Source: an uncultured Acidobacteriota bacterium (GTDB lineage: Bacteria; Acidobacteriota; Vicinamibacteria; Vicinamibacterales; CAVVIG01). From it: a DNA stretch of 50,303 nucleotides. A program made the translations under genes and the position numbers. Location: positions 11,162-61,464 of the forward strand of contig CADEEX010000001.1 in NCBI GenBank assembly GCA_902826465.1, written 5' to 3'. Positions 43,870 through 50,303 of the stretch are shown here, piece after piece; positions within the stretch are counted from its first letter, which is position 1; every line of letters starts with the position of its first letter. Under the pieces are notes generated by a model, which was not told the DNA's origin, made no database searches, and saw only the letters and a program-made list of their open reading frames with translations.

Positions 43870-44720
43870 TTCAGCGCCCTTCGATAGATCGCCGGCGCCA
43901 CCCAGTTCAAGCCATGCGTCGTGCCGTTGAGACTCTCTGAGTGTGAAATGAACAGGTAGCCGCCCGGTGCGAGCTTGCGCTCGAGCCCTTGAACGACGCG
44001 CTGCTGCACCTGCGCATCGAAGTAGATCATCACGTTGCGACAGAAGATGAAGTCGTAGAGCGTGCCCGACTGCGGCAACTCGAGGAGGTTGACCTGCTGG
44101 AACTCGATCATCTTCCGTACGGCAGGCCCGACACGGACCGTGCCCTTCTGGGCGCCGAGCCCTTTCTCGAAGTACTTCTTCAAGGTGTCGAACGGGATGT
44201 TCGTCACCCGATCGTCGCCGTACACTCCGGCCTTGGCGACCCGCAGGATCTTGGTCGACAAGTCCGACGCCAGCAGGCGCACGCGCCGTCCGGCATCGTC
44301 GCCCATGAGTTGCAGGCAGGTCATGGCAATGGTGTAGGGCTCTTCCCCAGACGAACAGGCGGCGCTCCATCCCAGAATCGGTGCGGCGCCAGGCCGCGCC
44401 ACGAGCGCCGGCAGCACCGTCGTGCGCAGGAAATCGAAGTGCTGCGACTCCCGGAAGAACGATGTGTGATTGGTGGCAATCGCATCGAGCAGCGCCGTCA
44501 GCTCGTCGCCGGAGGTGTCTGCCTGCACATGTTTGAGGTACTGCTCGAACGATCCGTAGCCGCCGTGCATGACGCGCTTCTGCAATCGCGCCAGGACCAG
44601 GGCACGCTTTCCGCTGTGCAGCGTGATCCCGCTCTTCTCGTAGACGAGACGGGTAATCGCTTTCAGCTCACGATCGCTCAGGTCGGGCGCTTCCGCCCAG
44701 ACCACGTCAGGGACGCTCAT
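43866..44720 (-). CDS. cheR: chemotaxis methyltransferase CheR
   Basis: 284 aa. TNHTSFFRESQHFDFL, WSAACSSGEEPYTIAM and FCRNVMIYFD motifs. Confidence 0.93.
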   Translation of the reverse strand: MSVPDVVWAEAPDLSDRELKAITRLVYEKSGITLHSGKRALVLARLQKRVMHGGYGSFEQYLKHVQADTSGDELTALLDAIATNHTSFFRESQHFDFLRTTVLPALVARPGAAPILGWSAACSSGEEPYTIAMTCLQLMGDDAGRRVRLLASDLSTKILRVAKAGVYGDDRVTNIPFDTLKKYFEKGLGAQKGTVRVGPAVRKMIEFQQVNLLELPQSGTLYDFIFCRNVMIYFDAQVQQRVVQGLERKLAPGGYLFISHSESLNGTTHGLNWVAPAIYRRALK

Positions 44721-44724
44721 GGAT

Positions 44725-45243
44725 CTAGAACACGCGATGCGAGACCTGGCCGTCGGCGCCCAGCACCTTGTCGAGTGCGAGCAGAATCTTGACGGTGCCC
44801 TTGACCTTCGCCAGCCCGAGCATGTAGTCGGTCGTGACGCGGTCGCCGAACTCGGGCGCCTGGTCGATCTCGGCGCCGGTAACGTTCAGCACCTCGGACA
44901 CGGAATCCACGACGATGCCCATCATTACGCTCATCCCTTGCAGCGCCACATCGACGACGATGATGCAGGTGCGCTCGGTATAGGCCTGCTGCGGGAATCC
45001 GAACTTCAGGCGCAGGTCGATGACCGGGATCACCTTGCCGCGTAGGTTGATGACGCCGCGCACGTGCGCGGGCATCTGCGGCACCTGGGTGATGTCCATC
45101 ACCTTGATGATCTCGCGCACCTTGAGCACGGGCAGCCCGTACTCTTCGGCGCCGAGTGCGAATGTCAGGTACTTTCCGGCGAGATCGCCGGCGACCTGTC
45201 TCGAATGCGCGGTCTGGCCGTCTACGGCCAAGGTCGCTTCCAT
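44725..45243 (-). CDS. cheW: chemotaxis coupling protein CheW
   Basis: 172 aa. KYLTFALGAEEYGLPVLKVREII...VRGVINLRGKVIPVIDLR. Confidence 0.93.
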   Translation of the reverse strand: MEATLAVDGQTAHSRQVAGDLAGKYLTFALGAEEYGLPVLKVREIIKVMDITQVPQMPAHVRGVINLRGKVIPVIDLRLKFGFPQQAYTERTCIIVVDVALQGMSVMMGIVVDSVSEVLNVTGAEIDQAPEFGDRVTTDYMLGLAKVKGTVKILLALDKVLGADGQVSHRVF

Positions 45244-45282
45244 GTCTCTACTCCTTCATTCCACTGACGAATCGCAAAATGT

Positions 45283-47487
45283 CTACGCCGCCTGACGCGC
45301 CGTGCTCTTACCCATCAGACCCATCAAGCCACCGGCATCAAGGATCAGCCCGATGCGGCCATCGCCCAGGATGGCACCACCGGCCACGCCGCGGACGCCC
45401 TGGAACGCATCGCCGAGCGACTTGATCACCACTTCCTGTTTGCCGAGCAGCTCGTCAACGACCAGCGCCACCGGGCGACCAGCGTCCTCAATCACGACCA
45501 CCGTGCAGTCGGTGATATCGGGACGCGCGCCGGACACCGCGAACAGTTCGCCGATGTTCAACGTTGGAATCAGCCGCTCGCGGACCTGCACCATGCACGG
45601 ACGACCGTGGATGGTATGCACCTGGCTGGCCAGCGGCCGCAGCGACTCCCGCACCGCAAACGTCGGCACCACGAAACGCTCGACGCCGACGCCGAGCATG
45701 ATGCCGTCGACAATCGCCAGCGTCAGCGGCAACCGGATCGAGAACGTCGTGCCCTGACCGCGGGCTGTCTGGATTTCAATCTGGCCGCGCAGCGCCTCGA
45801 TGTTCCGGCGCACGACGTCCATGCCGACGCCACGGCCGGAGATCTCGGTGATCTTGTCCGCGGTCGAGAACCCGGGCTGGAAGATCATCTGGTGGATCTC
45901 TGACGCCGATAACGTGACGCCGTCGGTGGCAAGGCCGCGCTCGATGGCCTTGGCGTGAATCTTGTCGGTGTTCAAGCCGGCGCCATCGTCCGCGATCTCG
46001 ATGACGATGTTGCCTGCCTGGTGGAAGGCGCTCAGTCTGAGTGTGGCCTGCGCCGACTTTCCGGTCTTGACGCGCGCCTCCGCCATCTCGATGCCGTGGT
46101 CGACGCTGTTGCGGACCATGTGCATCAGCGGATCGTTGATGTCTTCGACGACGCGGCGATCGAGCTCGGTGTCTTCACCCTGCAGTACCAGTTCGATCTG
46201 CTTGCCCGATCGCTTGCTGAGGTCGCGGACGAGGCGCGCCATCTTCTGGAACGTCTGGCGAATCGGCACCATGCGCATCGCCATGGCGTTGCGCTGCAGA
46301 TCGCTGGTGATGCGCTTCAACTGCGCCAGGCGGCGGCCGAGTCGTTCGTCGGTCGAGCGGGACAGCGCTGGGTCCTCGGCAAGGATCGATTGCGCGATGA
46401 CGAGCTCGCCCACCATGTCGATCAGGTTGTCCAGCTTGCGTGTATCCACCTTGACGGTGATCGCGGTGTCCTCGGCGCGACGCGTCTGCTTTGCGGGGTC
46501 GGGGTCAGGGACGACGGCCAGCGGCGGCACACGTCCCGGGGCCAGGCCATCGGTACGGCGCTCGGCAAACGCCTCTTCCGGCGTCAGCACCGGCAGCGCC
46601 GCAACGACTGCCAGCGCGGCCGCCGGAGTCAGCACCGGGGCTGACGCGGAGCGTTCGGGGGGCGTCGCCGCGTCGGCGCCGGCCTCTGCCAACTCCACGA
46701 CCACCTCGGCGACCACCGGTCGATTGCCGCCAGCAATCAGCGCGGTGACCGCGGTCATCAGTCCGTGACGGCGGCCGGAACAGTCGGTCGCCGGCTGGCC
46801 AGCGATTCGAGCCGGCAGCTCGTTGATCATCAGCGTCAGCAGGTCGACAGCCTTCAGCACGATCTCGAACTCGTCGGGCCCCATGACGTGCTTGCCGGCA
46901 CGGGCGAGGTCGAGCAGGTTCTCGACGATGTGCGCCAGTTCCTGCACCGAGGTCACACCCAGCGCGCCGGCGTTGCCTTTGATGGTGTGGAAGGGGCGGA
47001 AGACGTCGTTCAGCAGCTTCTTGTCTTCGGGCGTTGCCTCGAGTTGCAGCAGCACGCTCTCGATCGTGCCGAGGTGATCGAGCGCCTCGGCGACGAACAT
47101 GCCGGACATTTCGGGATCGCTCGCCAGGGTGACCAGCTCTTCGTCGAGCGCACCAGGCGTCGCCGGTCGTGGCACCGGTGGCGGTTCGCCTGAGGCGAGA
47201 CGCGTCTTCACCTGTTCCCATCGCGCCAGGGTGTCCTCGACGATGACACCGGCGTTGGCCGCGGCGAGCGAGTCGGCCGAGGACCGCACGACCACCGCCA
47301 GGGCGGAGGCTTCACCGTGCGCCGCTTCGTCGAGCAAGGTCGCAGCGGCGAGGAGCTGCGTCCGCATTCGTTCCACACAGATCGGCTCGACGACGCTGTC
47401 ACACGACAGCCGCGTCAGCACTTCTTCAATGTGTTCGAACCACTGTTTCGATGGGATCATTGTCGGTTGCCCTAGAGAATTCGGCAC
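45283..47487 (-). CDS. cheA: chemotaxis histidine kinase CheA
   Basis: Hpt FRPFHTIKGNAGALG, dimerisation, HATPase (DDGAGL, GRGVGMDVV) and C-terminal CheW-like domain. Start uncertain: GTG at 47487 or ATG at 47460. Confidence 0.94.
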   Translation of the reverse strand: MPNSLGQPTMIPSKQWFEHIEEVLTRLSCDSVVEPICVERMRTQLLAAATLLDEAAHGEASALAVVVRSSADSLAAANAGVIVEDTLARWEQVKTRLASGEPPPVPRPATPGALDEELVTLASDPEMSGMFVAEALDHLGTIESVLLQLEATPEDKKLLNDVFRPFHTIKGNAGALGVTSVQELAHIVENLLDLARAGKHVMGPDEFEIVLKAVDLLTLMINELPARIAGQPATDCSGRRHGLMTAVTALIAGGNRPVVAEVVVELAEAGADAATPPERSASAPVLTPAAALAVVAALPVLTPEEAFAERRTDGLAPGRVPPLAVVPDPDPAKQTRRAEDTAITVKVDTRKLDNLIDMVGELVIAQSILAEDPALSRSTDERLGRRLAQLKRITSDLQRNAMAMRMVPIRQTFQKMARLVRDLSKRSGKQIELVLQGEDTELDRRVVEDINDPLMHMVRNSVDHGIEMAEARVKTGKSAQATLRLSAFHQAGNIVIEIADDGAGLNTDKIHAKAIERGLATDGVTLSASEIHQMIFQPGFSTADKITEISGRGVGMDVVRRNIEALRGQIEIQTARGQGTTFSIRLPLTLAIVDGIMLGVGVERFVVPTFAVRESLRPLASQVHTIHGRPCMVQVRERLIPTLNIGELFAVSGARPDITDCTVVVIEDAGRPVALVVDELLGKQEVVIKSLGDAFQGVRGVAGGAILGDGRIGLILDAGGLMGLMGKSTARQAA

Positions 47488-47524
47488 ACGCTGTCACTTC
47501 TTCACTTGCACGTCACGCCAGGGT

Positions 47525-48721
47525 TCAGAACTTGCCGTAGGTGCCGGTGTCGCCCTGAGGAAAATCGTGCTCTTCCTCGAGGAGCGGGAACGCGGCCCGC
47601 GCTTCGCGCGAGACCGGCAGCGCGACCGGCTTCCGCCGGCGCGCCTGCGACGACGCCACGGCCACCGGCCGCGTGGTCCCCATCGGTATCGCGGCCACAC
47701 GCCTGGCCGGGGCCGCCGTCGACCGCGGCGCGGAGCCACCATCGCCGACCATCGCCGACAGACCGCTGACCAGCGCCATCGTCGAGCTCGCCTGACCGTT
47801 CAGTTCTTCGCTGGCCGCCGAGCTCTGTTCCGCGGTCGCCGCCGTGCTCTGCGTCACCTTTTCCATCTGCGCGATCGCCTGCGACACCTGTTCGATGCCC
47901 TGCGTCTGCTGCTCGCTGGCTTCGCGCACCTCGCCGACCATGACGCGGACACGGTCGACCGTCGCCGTGAACGCCTCGATCGACCGCGCCACCTGCTCGA
48001 CGTGCACGGCACCATCATGCGAGCGCGCGATCGATTCCTCGATCATCACCGCCGTGTCGCGGGCCGCCTGGGCGGAGCGCTGGGCGAGGTTGCGCACTTC
48101 ATCAGCGACCACGGCGAATCCCATCCCGGCCTCACCGGCCCGGGCCGCTTCGACGGCCGCATTGAGCGCGAGGATGTTGGTCTGAAAGGCAATCTCATCG
48201 ATCGTCTTGATAATCTGTGCGACCTTCCCGCTCGATTCACGAATGGCCCCCATGGAGAGGACCATCTCGCTCAGCGCCGACGTCGAGGTCTTCGCTTCGC
48301 CCACCATCTGATCGGCCAGGGCCGCGGCGTTGCGGGCGTTGTCCGAGTTACGGCGCGTCATTGCCGCCATCTGTTCCATCGAGGCCGAGGTCTGCTCGAG
48401 CGAGGCCGCCTGCTCCGTGGCCCCCTGCGAGAGCGACTGGGCCGAGGCCGCCACCTGCCTCGACGCCGAAGTGACCTGCGTCGCGCCGCGCGTCAGCTCG
48501 GACGCCACACGCGTCAAGCCGCCGAGCAGGCGGTGCGTCATCCAGCCGATGGCCGCCACCGCGGCCAGCTCCATCGTCGACACGACCAGCAGCGTCAGCG
48601 TCGGTGCACCTTCAATGGCCCACAGCTGCCACAGCAGCACAGCCGCACCGATGACGGTGATGGCCAGGCCTGCACCAATGGCGACGAGCAAACGCGCACC
48701 CAGAGTCATCTGTTGGTTCAC
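47525..48721 (-). CDS. methyl-accepting chemotaxis protein without a periplasmic sensor domain
   Basis: 398 aa. Two TM helices joined by a loop of about 7 aa. Signalling hairpin [40 protein letters not shown]. Long Ala/Pro/Arg linker ending ...TYGKF. GTG start with GAAGGA 8 nt upstream. Confidence 0.92.
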   Translation of the reverse strand: MNQQMTLGARLLVAIGAGLAITVIGAAVLLWQLWAIEGAPTLTLLVVSTMELAAVAAIGWMTHRLLGGLTRVASELTRGATQVTSASRQVAASAQSLSQGATEQAASLEQTSASMEQMAAMTRRNSDNARNAAALADQMVGEAKTSTSALSEMVLSMGAIRESSGKVAQIIKTIDEIAFQTNILALNAAVEAARAGEAGMGFAVVADEVRNLAQRSAQAARDTAVMIEESIARSHDGAVHVEQVARSIEAFTATVDRVRVMVGEVREASEQQTQGIEQVSQAIAQMEKVTQSTAATAEQSSAASEELNGQASSTMALVSGLSAMVGDGGSAPRSTAAPARRVAAIPMGTTRPVAVASSQARRRKPVALPVSREARAAFPLLEEEHDFPQGDTGTYGKF

Positions 48722-48960
48722 AGGTTCAATCCTTCAATCCGCCGTGTGGCGTCAGGGCCACCCGATCCTCGGCCGCTGGAGCAAGGGCCGTACCTCTGTT
48801 CGTCAGCCCCTCACGCCCACGCCACATGCGAGAAAACGTGAACTTCCGCGGACCACCATCGTCGCGAGCTGTCGTTCTTCCGACGGCCTATCGCGTTTCC
48901 GACAATCCGGTCACGGCATCCGGCGTGTGAATACGCCGCCAGATCCGGCAACCGGAACAC

Positions 48961-48987
48961 CAATCGGCGCGCACCCACAGAACTGTG
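48961..48987 (-). promoter_or_regulatory. weak sigma-28-like candidate for the MCP-cheA operon
   Basis: Minus strand reads CACA-N15-GCCGATTG. The -10 element is identical to that of flgM, but the -35 is poor. It would give a leader of about 230 nt. Confidence 0.25.
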
Positions 48988-49065
48988 CCGGCCGGCGCTC
49001 GAAGACGCCGTTGAGCGCTCGGTTGCGTTCCCTGCGCACTCGTGCATGCCAGACCGCGTGGCGTC

Positions 49066-49092
49066 TCAAGCGACCCTCCTGGGCGCCGATTG
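49066..49092 (+). promoter_or_regulatory. sigma-28-like promoter candidate for the small secreted protein / MCP2 unit
   Basis: Plus strand reads TCAA-N15-GCCGATTG, about 65 nt upstream of the ATG at 49157. Same -35 variant as the motA-operon candidate. Confidence 0.4.
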
Positions 49093-49156
49093 GTTGTGCG
49101 GGAATGACATGTCCGCTCAACAGGGAGCCGGACGCTCTGAACGGAGGAGAACGACG

Positions 49157-49495
49157 ATGAAGAAGGTGTTGCTGGCAATGGTGGTGGTGGTGCTCGGTCT
49201 CAGCGCGAACGCGTGGGCACAGCTCCACGGCATGGGTCGGGTCCAGGGTTCGGTCGTCGACGAGGGTGGCGCCCCAATCGACGGTGTCACGGTCAAGGCG
49301 ACGCTGCCGGGTTCGGCGGGCAGCATCGACGCGACGTCGAACGCCAAGGGCGAGTGGGCCATCGGCGGCATGGGCAAGGGCGAATGGGAAGTGACATTCG
49401 AAAAGGCCGGCTTCGCACCCCGCAAGGCAAAAATCAGCCTGACCGTCGAACTGGCGCGCATCCCGCCGATTCCGGTCACGATGAAAAAGGGCTAG
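49157..49495 (+). CDS. small secreted protein with a carboxypeptidase-regulatory-like (CarboxypepD_reg) beta-sandwich
   Basis: ATG at 49157 with GGAGGAG upstream. Signal peptide MKKVLLAMVVVVLGLSANAWA. GSVVDEGGAPIDGVTVKA...NAKGEWAIGGMGKGEWEVTFEKAGF pattern. The ORF-track start at 49046 is unlikely. Confidence 0.7.
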   Translation: MKKVLLAMVVVVLGLSANAWAQLHGMGRVQGSVVDEGGAPIDGVTVKATLPGSAGSIDATSNAKGEWAIGGMGKGEWEVTFEKAGFAPRKAKISLTVELARIPPIPVTMKKG

Positions 49496-49525
49496 TTCGG
49501 CACTCCAACTCAAGGATCTGAGGTC

Positions 49526-50303
49526 ATGAAGCACTGGTCAATCAGCAAGAAGCTCTTCGCCGGGTTCGGCAGTATTGTCGTGACGGCGATGACGATCGGC
49601 GGCATCGCCCTCTGGTCCTCGAGCGCACTCAAGGGTCGGGTCGATCAGATCGCCGGCGTCTCGGGACGCGCACTTCAGGAAGCCGTCGACGCGCGTTTCC
49701 TGGTCGCCGACCTCAACGCGCGTGAGCGCCTGGTGGTCATCGCGACGGCCAAACAGGACTCGGCCGTCGTCACCGCCGAATCGAAACAGATTCAGGAAGG
49801 CTATGCGCGGCTCGGACAACTCATCGAGCAGCTGAAAGCCTCGGGGCACGTGCATCAGCAGGTGGCCGACAACGCCCGTGGTATGGGCGACGCCATGAAG
49901 GCCTGGTCCGATCAGTGGGCCAAGACCGAGCAGTTCGCGCGCGCCATGCAGGCGCTCGAGGCGGCCGAATCCACCGACGGCGGACGCGCACACAGCGAAA
50001 CCGCCGCCACGCTGGCACGGGGCATCGAAGAAATCGTCTCGGCGCAGTTCACTGCGGACCGCGAGAAAGCCGCCTCGATCTACACCATCGTCCGCACGGC
50101 CATCGCCATCTCGCTGCTCGTGGGGTTAGGGCTGGCCGCATTGGTCGGGCAGTCGATCAGAACGATCAGCCGGACGCTGATGCAGGCGACGACGCAGCTC
50201 CGTCACGGATCCGAGCAGGTCTTCCAGGCCGCCACGCAGGTGGCCGGGTCGGCACAGACGCTGTCGCGCGGCGTGCTGCAGGAAGCGGCGTCGCTCGAAG
50301 AGA
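49526..50303 (+). CDS. methyl-accepting chemotaxis protein, 5' partial (runs off the window), 4-helix-bundle-type periplasmic domain
   Basis: Not in the ORF track because no stop is reached. My own translation from the ATG at 49526 gives MKHWSISKKLFAGFGSIVVTAMTIGGIALW (TM1). About 160 aa of helical periplasmic region and TM2 (AIAISLLVGLGLAALVG) follow. It ends ...AGSAQTLSRGVLQEAASLEE, entering the signalling domain. AAGGA RBS upstream. Confidence 0.88.
   Translation, partial: MKHWSISKKLFAGFGSIVVTAMTIGGIALWSSSALKGRVDQIAGVSGRALQEAVDARFLVADLNARERLVVIATAKQDSAVVTAESKQIQEGYARLGQLIEQLKASGHVHQQVADNARGMGDAMKAWSDQWAKTEQFARAMQALEAAESTDGGRAHSETAATLARGIEEIVSAQFTADREKAASIYTIVRTAIAISLLVGLGLAALVGQSIRTISRTLMQATTQLRHGSEQVFQAATQVAGSAQTLSRGVLQEAASLEE

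Noticed and set aside
43870-44370. N-terminal extensions of cheD (to 44370), the short fliN (to 38575), fliP (to 37974), flhF (to 33027), flhG (to 32002), flgF (to 27370) and fliC (from 14439).
   Set aside because: In each case an internal ATG or GTG coincides with the start of the conserved family N-terminus, and usually with an ATGA/GTGA overlap or a good RBS. The extensions overlap the upstream gene or its promoter.
48811-49534. ORFs of 78-207 aa within and across the MCP/secreted-protein intergenic region (48811-49047, 48888-49178 and 48911-49534, minus strand).
   Set aside because: They have no RBS, Arg/Ser/His-rich composition and no motifs. The longest runs antisense to the well-supported signal-peptide gene.
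1-50303. A search for CRISPR arrays, tRNA or rRNA genes, IS elements or transposases, integrases, toxin-antitoxin pairs, and other defence-system hallmarks.
   Set aside because: I saw no spaced direct repeats, no cloverleaf-like or rRNA-like stretches, and no ORF with DDE, tyrosine-recombinase, nuclease or helicase-type defence signatures. Every substantial ORF is accounted for by motility, chemotaxis, signalling or sugar-biosynthesis functions.

Overview
Visibly GC-rich bacterial chromosomal segment (GC not computed) that is almost entirely a motility island. I can support about 58 protein genes. On the minus strand, from high to low coordinates: (1) an MCP-cheA-cheW-cheR-cheD-cheY2-cheX2-cheB chemotaxis block, then a REC-pseudoREC-CheX fusion gene and cheY-cheX. 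(2) A tightly packed run of 21 flagellar genes, about 16.5 kb: fliL-fliN-fliOPQR-flhBA-flhFG-fliA-fliM-fliN/Y-[two unusual genes]-flgFG-flgA-flgHI-flgJ. (3) flgM-flgN-flgKL-fliW-csrA plus a GNAT gene. (4) On the plus strand, fliC-fliD-fliS plus one unknown gene. (5) A nonulosonic-acid (pseudaminic-acid-like) sugar operon with a second motA/motB stator pair translationally coupled inside it. (6) An operon of HD-GYP response regulator, motA, motB and two hybrid histidine kinases. At the right edge a small secreted protein gene and a partial second MCP lie on the plus strand. I found no rRNA, tRNA, CRISPR, transposase or integrase signal. Regulatory signals readable by eye are two strong sigma-28 promoters (fliC, flgM), several weaker GCCGAT-type sigma-28-like sites in front of the motA, che and MCP units, a sigma-54-like site in front of fliL, and a clear terminator after fliC. 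Repeated GGA motifs sit in the fliC, flgM and MCP-cheA leaders next to a fliW-csrA pair. The best candidates for something undescribed are a standalone zinc-ribbon + MshEN/T2SSE_N protein inside the fliM-fliN...flgF operon, which may link c-di-GMP to the flagellum, the HD-GYP/stator operon, the stator-in-glycosylation operon, and the GGAU-rich che leader. fliEFGHIJK and flgBCDE are absent from this window. Phylum is not determinable by eye. All family assignments come from motif recognition, not database searches.
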